Shown piece after piece: positions 9,858 to 20,413 of a stretch of 49,592 nucleotides of DNA. A program made the position numbers and the translations under genes. Under the pieces are notes generated by a model. That model made no database searches, was not told where the DNA came from, and saw only the letters and a list, made by a program, of their open reading frames with translations. The stretch's first letter is position 1; each line of letters begins with the position of its first letter. Source of the stretch: Prevotella sp. (lineage in GTDB: Bacteria; Bacteroidota; Bacteroidia; Bacteroidales; Dysgonomonadaceae); the NCBI GenBank assembly GCA_031285625.1, contig JAITVV010000052.1, positions 1 through 49,592 on the forward strand, written 5' to 3'.

Positions 9858-11126
9858 TCAATACCTATCCTTCCACAGCTTTTTCATCCATTCCACAATC
9901 TTATTCTCGGAGGCATTTTGTTGTGGTTTCCAAAATTGGCGCCCTTTTATTTCCTTTGGTACATAATCTTGCTGAACGAAGTTATTTTCGAAACTATGGG
10001 CATATTTATAATCCTTTCCATAATTCAGTTCTTTCATCAACTTTGTAGGAGCGTTACGCAGATGTAATGGAACAGGCAGGTTCCCAGTCTCATTCACTAA
10101 GGCAATAGCTTCATCGATAGACATGTATGCCGAATTACTTTTAGGTGAGGTAGCCAGATAAACTGTTGCCTCAGCCAATACAATTCGTCCCTCGGGCCAG
10201 CCTATTTTCTGTAATGTATCAAAACAAGCATTTGCCAGCAATAATGCATTCGGATTTGCCAATCCAATATCCTCTGCTGCAGAAATAACTAAACGACGGG
10301 CTATAAATTTAGGATCTTCTCCTCCCGCAACCATACGTGCAAGCCAATAAATAGCCGCATCCGGATCACTACCGCGGATAGACTTAATAAAAGCAGAAAT
10401 AATGTCATAGTGCATCTCACCGCCTTTGTCATATGCTGCTGGATTTTCCTGTAAACGCTCTGTTACCAGCCTATCAGTAATTACTATTTTATCACCGGTT
10501 TCTGAAGAGATGACCAAGTCAAGTATATTCAGCAATTTACGTGCATCACCTCCCGAAAAACGAAGAAGGGCATCAGTTTCTTTTAATTCAATATCCAGCT
10601 CTTTCAGTATTACATCCTGGGTAATGGCTCTGTGTGCCAGTTCCTCCAGGTCCTTTTTATCCAAGGATTGCAACACGTATACCTGACAACGTGACAACAA
10701 TGGGCGTATTACTTCGAACGAAGGATTTTCTGTTGTAGCCCCTATCAATGTTATTACACCTGTTTCAACCGCACCCAATAGTGAATCCTGCTGGGATTTT
10801 GAGAAACGATGAATTTCATCAATAAATAAGATAGGGCTTTTTGTATTGAAAAACTGATTTCTCTTAGCCTGTTCTATTACTTCGCGCACATCTTTCACTC
10901 CCGAGTTTATTGCACTCAATGTATAAAATGGAGTATCCAGTGTATTAGCAATGATCTGAGCCAATGTAGTTTTACCTACGCCGGGTGGTCCCCATAAGAG
11001 AAAAGAGGGTACTCTCCCCGACTCTATCATTTTGCGAAGAATAGCTCCTTCCCCTACTAAATGTTTTTGTCCGATATATTCATCCAGACTTTGTGGACGT
11101 AACCGTTCTGCTAATGGCTGGCTCAT
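9858..11126 (-). CDS. rarA: Replication-associated recombination protein A (MgsA/RarA AAA+ ATPase)
   Basis: PLAERLRP, GPPGVGKTT, FIDEIHRF, ATTENP, SAFIKSIRGSD, EDIGLA, VPLHLRN. Confidence 0.95.
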   Translation of the reverse strand: MSQPLAERLRPQSLDEYIGQKHLVGEGAILRKMIESGRVPSFLLWGPPGVGKTTLAQIIANTLDTPFYTLSAINSGVKDVREVIEQAKRNQFFNTKSPILFIDEIHRFSKSQQDSLLGAVETGVITLIGATTENPSFEVIRPLLSRCQVYVLQSLDKKDLEELAHRAITQDVILKELDIELKETDALLRFSGGDARKLLNILDLVISSETGDKIVITDRLVTERLQENPAAYDKGGEMHYDIISAFIKSIRGSDPDAAIYWLARMVAGGEDPKFIARRLVISAAEDIGLANPNALLLANACFDTLQKIGWPEGRIVLAEATVYLATSPKSNSAYMSIDEAIALVNETGNLPVPLHLRNAPTKLMKELNYGKDYKYAHSFENNFVQQDYVPKEIKGRQFWKPQQNASENKIVEWMKKLWKDRY

Positions 11127-11342
11127 AATTTAAGAATACAATTCATCATTAATACTCATGTATCAGGTGTAGCTCTAAATTATTTCAAATCTACAAAAAG
11201 TTTAAATTAATCACAAGTTAATTTATTCGGTTGAAAAAATTGAAAAGAATAATTCATTTAATGGATAAAATAAGCTATTTTTGTTTTTACACAAGGAAAT
11301 TAAAACAAAGACAATAACGATTTACCAGAACACTTCGCATTT

Positions 11343-12308
11343 ATGAATGCTGATACGCTTAATAAAAGCCTATTAGAAAATATTAAGCTAAAGCTACCTA
11401 AAGGGGTAACAATGGCTCAGGTATTGATGGACACTTTATCTATCAGTAAAGAAGCTACCTACCGCCGATTGAGAGAAGAAGTACCTTTATCTTTATATGA
11501 AGCTGCAGTACTTACCAAAAAGTTAAATATCTCTTTAAATCCAATTATAGAAACAACGCTCTCTGAAAACTCTATGTTCGAGTTAAAAGCTCAGCATTTC
11601 TATAATTTACGAAATCTGGATTATAAGATGCTCTATGAGTATCTCGACACTTTGGTATATGCTGCCGGTGAACCACATTCTGAGCAGGTTTTCACATCAA
11701 ATGTTTTTCCTCAGTTTCCATCTCATAAATATTACATGCTGGCTAAATACAACTCCTTTAGATGGTTGTATATAAATCAAAGCCCGAGTAACACAATGAA
11801 ATCATTCCATGAAATGGAATATCCTGACGAATTATTTAAAGTCAGTGCAGAAATTGTGGATGCAACTATGGATATCAAAAGTACCTGTTATATATGGGAT
11901 AGTATGATATTCTATTATATAGTAAAAGAAATTAACTATTTCTCTAATATACAGTTAATTAATAAAGAAGATGTACTAAAACTAAAAGAGGAATTATTTG
12001 CTTTATTAAAATTTATAGAGGATATTGCAATAACGGGCAGATTTCCAAATGGAAACAAAATACAAATTTATATCTCCAACTTTAATTCAGATACTTCATA
12101 TTGTTATCTGGATACAGATAATCTGCATATAAGCATGATAGGCGCCTTTGCTCCTAATTATGCTGTAGCTATGGATCAGAATACATTATTGAGAATAAAG
12201 AATAGAATACAATCCTTAAAAAGGATTTCAAATTTAATATCCGAAAGTGGAGAGATGCAAAGAATACAATTTCTTAAAGAGCAACGAAAAATGGTAGAAA
12301 CACTATAA
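11343..12308 (+). CDS. N-terminal HTH protein, putative transcriptional regulator (paralog 1)
   Basis: LMDTLSISKEATYRRLR HTH; C-terminal ISESGEM.RIQF shared with the next gene. Confidence 0.7.
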   Translation: MNADTLNKSLLENIKLKLPKGVTMAQVLMDTLSISKEATYRRLREEVPLSLYEAAVLTKKLNISLNPIIETTLSENSMFELKAQHFYNLRNLDYKMLYEYLDTLVYAAGEPHSEQVFTSNVFPQFPSHKYYMLAKYNSFRWLYINQSPSNTMKSFHEMEYPDELFKVSAEIVDATMDIKSTCYIWDSMIFYYIVKEINYFSNIQLINKEDVLKLKEELFALLKFIEDIAITGRFPNGNKIQIYISNFNSDTSYCYLDTDNLHISMIGAFAPNYAVAMDQNTLLRIKNRIQSLKRISNLISESGEMQRIQFLKEQRKMVETL

Positions 12309-12394
12309 AGTGGATCAATATTCATTAAAAAGAGGAAATTAATAACAGTAACCAAAACCATTCCTTTAATTAAGGAGGACTACACCAGAATGAG

Positions 12395-13360
12395 ATGAAT
12401 ACTGATTTATCTAATATAAATTTATTAAAGGCTATTAAGCAAAACTTACCTGCAGGTATGACACCAGTAGACCTGCTTATGGATATATTGGGCATTGGTA
12501 AAGAAGCAGCCTACAGAAGAGTAAGAGGAGACGTTCCCTTTACATTGAGGGAAACGGCCCTTATTGCAGAAAGACTGAAATTATCATTAGACTGCATAGC
12601 AAATATAAACCCTGGCAGGATTTTATTTGAATTAAGGCCCCAGAAATTCTATTTTGAAGAAGAATCTGTTGAAGAATACAAACCATTACTGGCTTTTCTG
12701 GACTCATTACAGATAATTACAAAACAACCCTATTCGGAATTTACTTTCTCATGCAATACATTTCCTCAATTTCCAGGGCATATGTTTTACCAACTATTCA
12801 AATATTCTACTTTCAAATACATGTATGAGAATGAGAATGCACAATCAATAAAACCTTTCAATGAAATAAATGTCCCTGAAAAATTCTTTAAGCTCAATCA
12901 GGATATTATCTTAGAAACAATGAACTTAAAAGAAACTACTTATTTGTTCTACATTAGGTTCTTAGAAAACATAGTGAATGAATTAAAATATTTTTCAAGC
13001 ATACAGTTGATTGATAAAGAAGATATTGAACTTATCAAAAATGATCTGCATAATCTCATCGACCATATAGAGGAACTAACTGTAAATGGAAAATTCAAAA
13101 CGGGAAATAAAGCAAACATATATATATCAAATGTAAGATTCGATGTGTCCTATTCTTTTATACATGCTAACGATTATATATTAAGTATGATCGGAGCATT
13201 TACAGTAAACCATCTGACTGCATCAGACGAAACATCATTACACAAAATAAAGAACAGAATACAAGCTTTGAAAAGAGTTTCTGACCTAATATCTGAAAGT
13301 GGAGAGATGAAAAGAATTCAGTTTATAAGTGAACAAAGAAGATTGATTAACACCCTTTAA
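12395..13360 (+). CDS. N-terminal HTH protein, putative transcriptional regulator (paralog 2)
   Basis: LMDILGIGKEAAYRRVRG HTH; same 321-aa length and shared motifs with the upstream gene. Confidence 0.7.
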   Translation: MNTDLSNINLLKAIKQNLPAGMTPVDLLMDILGIGKEAAYRRVRGDVPFTLRETALIAERLKLSLDCIANINPGRILFELRPQKFYFEEESVEEYKPLLAFLDSLQIITKQPYSEFTFSCNTFPQFPGHMFYQLFKYSTFKYMYENENAQSIKPFNEINVPEKFFKLNQDIILETMNLKETTYLFYIRFLENIVNELKYFSSIQLIDKEDIELIKNDLHNLIDHIEELTVNGKFKTGNKANIYISNVRFDVSYSFIHANDYILSMIGAFTVNHLTASDETSLHKIKNRIQALKRVSDLISESGEMKRIQFISEQRRLINTL

Positions 13361-13420
13361 TTACCCTTCCAGAAACAAATCCAAAACTTTTATAGCCTAC
13401 ATTTATTTTCAAAATAAATT

Positions 13421-13482
13421 CTGACAAATCGTCATATTTTGTCATTTCTTATAAAATTATCCATTTTGGCACAACTTTTGAA
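13421..13482 (+). promoter_or_regulatory. Putative sigma54-type (-24/-12) promoter of dnaK with upstream TGAC/GTCA boxes
   Basis: TTGGCACAACTTTTGAA (GG-N10-GA) at 13466-13482; TGACAAATCGTCA at 13422-13434 and TGTCA at 13440-13444. Confidence 0.55.
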
Positions 13483-13555
13483 TATTAGCTTATGTCGTTG
13501 AAAAACGAGAAAATATAAGTAACTAAAAACAATAATAAATAAAATATAAATTAAA

Positions 13556-15463
13556 ATGGGAAAAATTATAGGAATTGACTTAGGTACCACAAACTCTTGT
13601 GTTGCCGTGTTGGAAGGTAACGAACCAATCGTTATCGCTAACAATGAAGGAAAAAGAACAACTCCTTCTGTAGTTGCATTTATTGAAGGAAACGAACGTA
13701 AAGTAGGTGATCCTGCAAAGCGTCAGGCTATCACAAATCCTGAAAAAACGATATACTCTATAAAGAGATTTATGGGAGAAACATGGGATCAGGTGCAAAC
13801 CGAGGTTAACCGTGTTCCATACAAAGTAGTAAAAGGTGATAACAATACTCCACGTGTAGATATCGACGGACGTCTTTATACTCCGCAGGAAATTTCTGCA
13901 ATGGTACTTCAAAAGATGAAAAAAACTGCTGAAGACTATTTAGGTCAGGAAGTAACTGATGCTGTAATCACAGTACCTGCTTATTTTAGCGACTCCCAAC
14001 GTCAGGCAACTAAAGAAGCCGGAGAAATTGCAGGGTTGAAAGTTCAACGTATTGTAAATGAACCTACTGCTGCAGCCTTAGCTTATGGCTTGGACAAAGC
14101 TCACAAAGATATGAAGATTGCTGTATTCGACCTTGGTGGTGGTACATTCGATATTTCTATACTTGAATTGGGTGACGGTGTATTTGAAGTGAAATCAACA
14201 AATGGTGATACTCATCTGGGTGGTGACGACTTCGACCAGGTTATTATAAACTGGCTGGCAGAAGAATTCCAGAAAGAAGAAGGACTCGACCTGCGTAAAG
14301 ATCCGATGGCTCTTCAACGTTTGAAAGAAGCAGCAGAAAAAGCAAAAATAGAACTTTCAAGCACAACTTCTACTGAGATCAACTTACCATATATCATGCC
14401 GGTTAACGGAATACCAAAACACTTGGTAAAAACATTAACCCGTGCTAAATTTGAACAACTAGCCGATACTCTTATCCGCAAATGTATTGATCCATGCCGT
14501 CAATCATTAAGTGATGCAGGTTATTCAGCATCAGATATAGATGAAGTAATTCTGGTTGGTGGATCAACACGTATCCCTGCGATACAGGCTGAAGTTGAAA
14601 AATTCTTTGGAAAAGTTCCTTCTAAAGGCGTGAATCCCGACGAAGTAGTTGCTGTAGGTGCTGCTATACAAGGTGCAGTTTTGACAGGAGAAGTAAAAGA
14701 TGTATTATTACTTGATGTTACTCCGCTATCACTGGGTATAGAAACTATGGGTGGTGTGATGACTAAATTGATTGAGTCTAACACAACTATACCAACCAAA
14801 AAGAGTGAAACATTCTCGACAGCTGCCGACAACCAGCCATCTGTGCAAATTAATGTATTACAAGGCGAACGCCCAATGGCTAGAGATAACAAACAAATCG
14901 GAGTATTCAACCTGGATGGTATCATGCCTGCACGTCGTGGAGAGCCTCAAATCGAAGTAACATTTGATATTGATGCAAATGGCATCTTAAGCGTATCAGC
15001 TAAAGATAAAGCCACTGGTAAAGAACAATCGATCCGTATCGAAGCTTCTTCTGGACTGAGCGATGCTGAAATCCAACGTATGAAAGATGAAGCTGCTGCA
15101 AATGCAGAATCTGATAAGAAAGAAAAAGAAAGAATAGATAAGCTAAATCAGGCTGACTCTGTAATATTCCAGACAGAGAAACAATTGGCTGAGCTTGGAG
15201 ATAAAATTCCTGCTGATAAAAAAGCTCCGATCGAAGGTGCTCTCACTAAATTGAAAGATGCTCATAAAGCTCAGGATATAGCCGGAATTGATGCTACAAT
15301 GGAAGAAGTGAATAACCTGTTCCAAAGTTTAAGCCAGGAGATGTATAATCAGCAACAACAAGCTGGTGCAAATCCTAACCAACAAGCCGGAGGCAATGCG
15401 GGTGGACAATCTAACGGAGGTGACAATGATGTAACTGATGTAGACTTTGAAGAAGTGAAGTAA
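13556..15463 (+). CDS. dnaK: Molecular chaperone DnaK (Hsp70)
   Basis: [27 protein letters not shown]-terminal DVDFEEVK. Confidence 0.99.
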   Translation: MGKIIGIDLGTTNSCVAVLEGNEPIVIANNEGKRTTPSVVAFIEGNERKVGDPAKRQAITNPEKTIYSIKRFMGETWDQVQTEVNRVPYKVVKGDNNTPRVDIDGRLYTPQEISAMVLQKMKKTAEDYLGQEVTDAVITVPAYFSDSQRQATKEAGEIAGLKVQRIVNEPTAAALAYGLDKAHKDMKIAVFDLGGGTFDISILELGDGVFEVKSTNGDTHLGGDDFDQVIINWLAEEFQKEEGLDLRKDPMALQRLKEAAEKAKIELSSTTSTEINLPYIMPVNGIPKHLVKTLTRAKFEQLADTLIRKCIDPCRQSLSDAGYSASDIDEVILVGGSTRIPAIQAEVEKFFGKVPSKGVNPDEVVAVGAAIQGAVLTGEVKDVLLLDVTPLSLGIETMGGVMTKLIESNTTIPTKKSETFSTAADNQPSVQINVLQGERPMARDNKQIGVFNLDGIMPARRGEPQIEVTFDIDANGILSVSAKDKATGKEQSIRIEASSGLSDAEIQRMKDEAAANAESDKKEKERIDKLNQADSVIFQTEKQLAELGDKIPADKKAPIEGALTKLKDAHKAQDIAGIDATMEEVNNLFQSLSQEMYNQQQQAGANPNQQAGGNAGGQSNGGDNDVTDVDFEEVK

Positions 15464-15481
15464 ATATTTTAACAATAAGAT

Positions 15482-15512
15482 AAAGGTGATTACTTGAGTA
15501 ATCACCTTTTTT
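15482..15512 (+). terminator. Intrinsic terminator of dnaK
   Basis: AAAGGTGATTACT-tg-AGTAATCACCTTT plus T tract. Confidence 0.85.
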
Positions 15513-15640
15513 ATTTCGGCCTAGTCCTGTTCCACATTGAGTATCAATTATATTAAAAAAATAAGACTACCTGTAAATAAGTTAATAGAAATTAATTATT
15601 TGTTTCATTTGCAACGTTCACTGTAAATAAAAATATCTAA

Positions 15641-16009
15641 TATATATATATATTCCTCATCGGAAAGTTAGGATGGGTAAACTGTGATATATTTTGGGAT
15701 AGTGTTAATGGGATAACAACTATCAACGGTAATTTCGATAAACTAGCATCTTACTTAGGCTATGAAGGTGATACATTTGTATTAGTATTGGTTCAGATAT
15801 ATACTGCTGAAGACGGTAATACTGTGAAAAGCTACGATACTCTGGGTGTAGAGGGAAAATTGGTAGCCTATTCAGTAAAAGATGGATACTTCTCTTATAA
15901 TGAGAAAGAGATTACAATCACCGAAAACATGTCTATTAATCTTGATCTGAAGGATATTAGCAAAGATGATCTGGAGAAAAAGATAAAAGCATTGGATACT
16001 TATAAATAA
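15641..16009 (+). pseudogene. 5'-truncated remnant of an LGW(I/V)NCD-motif protein
   Basis: Frame of ORF 15788 stays open back to the stop at 15638 with no ATG, encoding FLIGKLGWVNCDIFWD...; followed by its own terminator. Confidence 0.6.
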
Positions 16010-16025
16010 GAAGTTAGTTTACAAT

Positions 16026-16057
16026 AAAAAGCCATAGGAAATCTCCTATGGCTTTTT
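16026..16057 (+). terminator. Intrinsic terminator
   Basis: AAAAAGCCATAGG-aaatct-CCTATGGCTTTTT. Confidence 0.85.
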
Positions 16058-16165
16058 GTATATATATTCCATCTCTCAATAATGTTAAAAAATTATCCTA
16101 ATAATGTAAGGATATTCTAAAGATAAAGAGTAAATAAAAGTGTACTTTTGCACAAAAATATAATT

Positions 16166-17005
16166 ATGAAATACATTGAAGTAAAATTTATATGCACTCC
16201 TAACAACGAGATTGTTAATAGTATATTATCTGCCACCATCGGAGAAATAGGATTTGAAAGTTTTGTTGAAGATGAACTGGGTACAACTGCTTACATCCAA
16301 AGTGATATGTTCAATATGGAAAAGCTAGATGAGATTCTGGTCAATTTTCCGATAGAAGCTGAAATTATCTATACATACAAAAGCATAGAAGAGCAAAATT
16401 GGAATGAAGAGTGGGAAAAAAATTATTTCCAGCCACTGATAATAGATAACAGATGCATTATACAAAGTACATTTCATAATGTGCCCGCCACCTACGATTA
16501 CAATATATATATCGATCCGAAGATGGCTTTCGGGACAGGACATCATCAAACCACAGAACTGATGATAAGAGAGATACTTAAGGACGATTTCTCCGGTAAA
16601 TCCTTATTAGACATGGGTACAGGTACAGCCATACTTGCTATATTGGCATCAATGCGTGGTGCAGATCCTATCATAGCAATAGATATAGACCAATGGGCAT
16701 ATGATAATGCGATGGAAAACCTGAAGATCAATAATATTGACAATGTAAAAGTAGAAATAGGCGGAGCTGAATTATTAGGAAGTACCACTTTTGATGTTAT
16801 CCTGGCCAATATAAACCGTAATATATTATTAAACGATATACACTCTTATGTATCAGTACTTAATACTGGAGGATCTTTATATATGAGCGGCTTCTATGTA
16901 GAGGATATTCCTGTAATAACAGAAGAATGTAATAAGAACGGATTAACATTCATAAGCAATACAACTAAGGATAACTGGACAGCTGTAAAATTCCGAAAGA
17001 TATAA
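16166..17005 (+). CDS. prmA: Ribosomal protein L11 methyltransferase
   Basis: NWNEEW, IDPKMAFGTGHHQTT, LDMGTGTAILA, ILANI; ATG at 16166; TAnnTTTG at 16143-16150. Confidence 0.95.
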   Translation: MKYIEVKFICTPNNEIVNSILSATIGEIGFESFVEDELGTTAYIQSDMFNMEKLDEILVNFPIEAEIIYTYKSIEEQNWNEEWEKNYFQPLIIDNRCIIQSTFHNVPATYDYNIYIDPKMAFGTGHHQTTELMIREILKDDFSGKSLLDMGTGTAILAILASMRGADPIIAIDIDQWAYDNAMENLKINNIDNVKVEIGGAELLGSTTFDVILANINRNILLNDIHSYVSVLNTGGSLYMSGFYVEDIPVITEECNKNGLTFISNTTKDNWTAVKFRKI

Positions 17006-17008
17006 ACG

Positions 17009-17049
17009 ACATAAGAGGAGGCTTCTGAATCGAAACCTCCTCTTATGTG
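17009..17049. terminator. Strong hairpin downstream of prmA (possibly bidirectional)
   Basis: ACATAAGAGGAGG...CCTCCTCTTATGT 13-bp stem. Confidence 0.75.
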
Positions 17050-17100
17050 TGAGTTAATTAGGTATTAGGCTTTAAGGTAAATAAAGATTGTTTGGTTATC
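17009..17100 (-). ncRNA. Candidate small RNA (~90 nt)
   Basis: Minus-strand TTTG-N20-TTCCTTTG promoter-like pair (17136-17105), A/C-rich body without a start codon, ends in the 17009-17049 hairpin. Confidence 0.4.
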
Positions 17101-17253
17101 GATACAAAGGAAAGACATTTATGAGTCCTTGCCAAATAAAAAAACATATTATAAAACATATTTTTTATAAATTTTGCTAAAGAAAATATCCATCCCGGCC
17201 TATCTGTTTAACAGATGTTAATGCCATTTCATCGATTATTAACCATATTATGA

Positions 17254-18633
17254 TCAATTCATATAATCCCACATTGGTAGTTGAACAGGCTTCTTCCCTA
17301 AGCAGCTCAGAGCCTTAGCATCCAGATACTGCTTATGTACAACCAAGCGAAACATGTATTCACTAAACCATTTATCAGTAAAAGTTAAATATCCTCTATT
17401 ACCGGAACCTGCACCCCAGCTATTTTCAAATTCCCATTTAACAGGCTGATCACTTATATCTGTGTCACAACCAATCAAAGTCATAGCATGGGATGATCCG
17501 CTCTGACGGGTCAATATACGTGCTTTTTTATCCATGGATAGATCAACTCCTAATAATGATTCATAGTCATACATATCAGGATCGAGAATACCCGACTCTC
17601 TATTCAATTGTTTACCAACATCACAGGATGCATACATAGCCTCGTTATTGCGAATAGATGCTAAAGCTGCTTTCTTTATATCCTCATTTGGTAGATTCAG
17701 GTAAACCCAATTTATACCTTCTATTGTATTCTTATAGTTTTGAATTTCATATAGCTGATAGAATTCACGTGTCGGATCGTTCATAATCATAATATAGTTA
17801 TCCGGGGAATAATCGGCAGGAGTTATCTCTTTATAAAATTGCTGAGGTGTATAGTTATTCAGCTCATGTATACTCCCATTCCTGTCTTTATATCTCCATG
17901 TAAATTGTTTTGGTGGTTCTCCAAGACAAAGAGACAAGATACGGTATACATCTTTCAGTATTACAGTTTTCTCATTTCGCAAATCCTGTATTTTCTTACC
18001 TCCTGCTGCCAGTTCACGCAAGTTGTATCCACCGGCACGAAGTTTTTCGTTTACAAGGCCTATCATTTGCCGTGTATTATTTGAGTGTGCTGTTTCAGGC
18101 ATTACTTCCTGAGGAACAACACCATATTTTTCGCCAAGATTATAATATAAGTTCCATACTCCTCCATCACTTACAGGCGATTTAAACAAATATTCTACCG
18201 TTCTGTCATCAATCGGTTCTTTACTGGTTCCGATTATATTTTCGAGAAACAGATTCGCCTTTTCAAAAATATCCCAGAAGTAAAGATAATTATGTGAAAA
18301 ATCAAACTCCCCGAGATTATACTTTTCCATAATAGAAGGACGCAAAACATTCATTGAAGTAAACATCCAGCATCTGCCCGAGCTTTTCTGATCGGTAATG
18401 CCTTTTACGTTAACCCTATACTTAAAGTAATGATCTATTTTCCCCTGCAAACTATTGTTTAATGCGTTAGCCGTTATATTAGCATTGGTAGTCAGAACGT
18501 TTTGAATAGCTTTGGTTGATGCATCCTGTTTAAAACTCGATTGAATTTCCTGAAGATCTTTTTCGGTTATCGTTTGGGCTGTTATACCCGCAGAGAAACA
18601 TAATAAAATTCCCGCAAATAGTACTTTTTTCAT
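17254..18633 (-). CDS. C1B family cysteine aminopeptidase (PepC/bleomycin hydrolase-like), secreted
   Basis: QKSSGRCW (Cys), SHAMTLIG (His), FENSWG (Asn); signal peptide. Confidence 0.92.
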   Translation of the reverse strand: MKKVLFAGILLCFSAGITAQTITEKDLQEIQSSFKQDASTKAIQNVLTTNANITANALNNSLQGKIDHYFKYRVNVKGITDQKSSGRCWMFTSMNVLRPSIMEKYNLGEFDFSHNYLYFWDIFEKANLFLENIIGTSKEPIDDRTVEYLFKSPVSDGGVWNLYYNLGEKYGVVPQEVMPETAHSNNTRQMIGLVNEKLRAGGYNLRELAAGGKKIQDLRNEKTVILKDVYRILSLCLGEPPKQFTWRYKDRNGSIHELNNYTPQQFYKEITPADYSPDNYIMIMNDPTREFYQLYEIQNYKNTIEGINWVYLNLPNEDIKKAALASIRNNEAMYASCDVGKQLNRESGILDPDMYDYESLLGVDLSMDKKARILTRQSGSSHAMTLIGCDTDISDQPVKWEFENSWGAGSGNRGYLTFTDKWFSEYMFRLVVHKQYLDAKALSCLGKKPVQLPMWDYMN

Positions 18634-18780
18634 GAATGTTGATTTTTTATTAATACAAAAATAAGAATTCTTAAGGGAATAATCCTAACTAATCAATTGA
18701 TAATAATGATACGTATTATGCTTCGAAAACCATTTATCTCATCCTCCCATAATAACCTTATATTCAATAAATAAAGCATA

Positions 18781-18853
18781 AAAGGTGACAAAGGTGACAG
18801 TTTTTATGTAGTTTTTCAATAGTAACTTTTTGTTACCCTGATATCACATAAAG
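18781..18853 (+). repeat. Dispersed intergenic repeat, copy A
   Basis: AAAGGTGAC-AAAGGTGAC-AG...GTAACTTTTTGTTACC..GATATCACA; related to copies at 29.2 kb and 32.75 kb. Confidence 0.6.
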
Positions 18854-19128
18854 CTATTTATATACAGATAATTATATTTATTTTTTACAACTTCTTTGTA
18901 ACTAAGAATAATAGATATATTTGTTAAACACAGAAATAATCAGACAATTAACATTTCCCTTGTTGATAAGCTATGAATTTTGTCCATGAAAATTGCAATG
19001 GCTATCAAAACCTGACTAATATAGTATAATATAGAGGTCATACAAAATTATTGCATCATAAGTATATTAATTCTTTATTCTTCTCTAAGACTTTTATTTA
19101 TCTTTGCGTCGTCTTAAAAAACTAACAG

Positions 19129-20346
19129 ATGACATCAGAACAACCCGTTTACTCGAAACAAAGGATACGTTACGCCGTATTATCTCTATTTATAGCACAA
19201 GGCTTGTGCTTTGCTAGTTGGGCTAGCCGCTTACCGGACATTAAGAGAGACTTTAATGTAGAAAGCTATTTACACTATGGATTGTTAATGTTTCTACTTC
19301 CTTTGGGTAAGTTTGTAGCTATTCCTATTGTTGGATTTTTGCTACCCAGAATAGGCAGTAAAAAAACAGTTTTGATAAGTATAATCGGATATGCTTTAGC
19401 TCTGTTTATGGTAAGTATTATACCCGGAATAACAGGACTGGGAATCACTTTATTCCTGTTTGGTATATTCTGGAATATGACAGATATTTCACTAAATACA
19501 CAAGCGATCGAGGTTGAACGGATTTATGGTAAGCCTATTATTGCAACCTTCCATGCCAGCTGGAGTTTAGCAGCTGTTATCGGCGCTGTTATCGGCTATT
19601 CTATGATCAATCTGAATGTAATCACTCTTTATCATTTTTCTATAATAACTGTAGTGGCTATTATAGTGATCTTATTAAATTACAAGTATCTACAAGAACC
19701 AGCCATAGCAACTGAAAAGAAAGAGATAAAAACAGAAACATCCCTGACCGAAAAGAAATCAAAGAAATTTCGTATGCCAGAGAGTTTACTCATTCAGTTG
19801 GGTTTAGTCTGGCTACTTGCACTGATCGTAGAAAATACAATGTTTGAATGGAGTGATGTATATTTTCAGTCTGTAATAAAAGCACCTGAATCGTTGCAAG
19901 TTGGATTTCTTGTATTCATGGTCATGATGTTTACAGGTCGTATGCTCACAAATTTTGCTTATACAATATGGCAAAAGAAGACCGTATTACAGATTGCAGG
20001 AGCACTCATATTCGTTGGGTTTATTACTTCCTCCCTTTTTATCGGTTATTCTGACGATATGCTCATTCAGGTTATTATCACATCTATTGGCTTTATGCTC
20101 ATCGGATTGGGTATTTCCTGCGTAGTGCCTACGCTTTATAGTATTGTTGGTGATAAAGCTAAAACACCTGTAGGTACAGCTTTAACAATAATGTCAAGTA
20201 TTAGCTTTGTCGGACCATTTGTATCACCATTACTTGTTGGGGCGGTTTCAGACTCACACGGGCCTAAATGGGCTTACCTGGTTATGAGTCTGGTAGGATT
20301 GTGTATAATAGCTGCTGTATCTTTAGGTAAGTCATTAAAGAAATAA
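19129..20346 (+). CDS. MFS transporter
   Basis: About 12 hydrophobic segments; FASWASRLP, SLNTQA, FHASWS motifs; TATCTTTG promoter element at 19099-19106. Confidence 0.9.
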   Translation: MTSEQPVYSKQRIRYAVLSLFIAQGLCFASWASRLPDIKRDFNVESYLHYGLLMFLLPLGKFVAIPIVGFLLPRIGSKKTVLISIIGYALALFMVSIIPGITGLGITLFLFGIFWNMTDISLNTQAIEVERIYGKPIIATFHASWSLAAVIGAVIGYSMINLNVITLYHFSIITVVAIIVILLNYKYLQEPAIATEKKEIKTETSLTEKKSKKFRMPESLLIQLGLVWLLALIVENTMFEWSDVYFQSVIKAPESLQVGFLVFMVMMFTGRMLTNFAYTIWQKKTVLQIAGALIFVGFITSSLFIGYSDDMLIQVIITSIGFMLIGLGISCVVPTLYSIVGDKAKTPVGTALTIMSSISFVGPFVSPLLVGAVSDSHGPKWAYLVMSLVGLCIIAAVSLGKSLKK

Positions 20347-20363
20347 AAGGAACATATCAAAAC

Positions 20364-20393
20364 AAAAAGTAGAAGCATATGCTTCTACTTTTT
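20364..20393. terminator. Bidirectional terminator (perfect 30-bp palindrome)
   Basis: AAAAAGTAGAAGCATATGCTTCTACTTTTT between convergent genes. Confidence 0.85.
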
Positions 20394-20413
20394 TATTATA
20401 AACAGTTCTTTCT

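Noticed and set aside
9316-11126. Endonuclease V plus AAA+ ATPase as a novel defence pair
   Set aside because: The ATPase is ordinary housekeeping RarA in a core-genome context; adjacency alone is not evidence
13361-13555. CIRCE (HrcA) operator upstream of dnaK
   Set aside because: No TTAGCACTC-N9-GAGTGCTAA match visible
15641-15652. (TA)6 run as a phase-variation switch
   Set aside because: Short run in AT-rich DNA with no upstream start or reading frame it could restore
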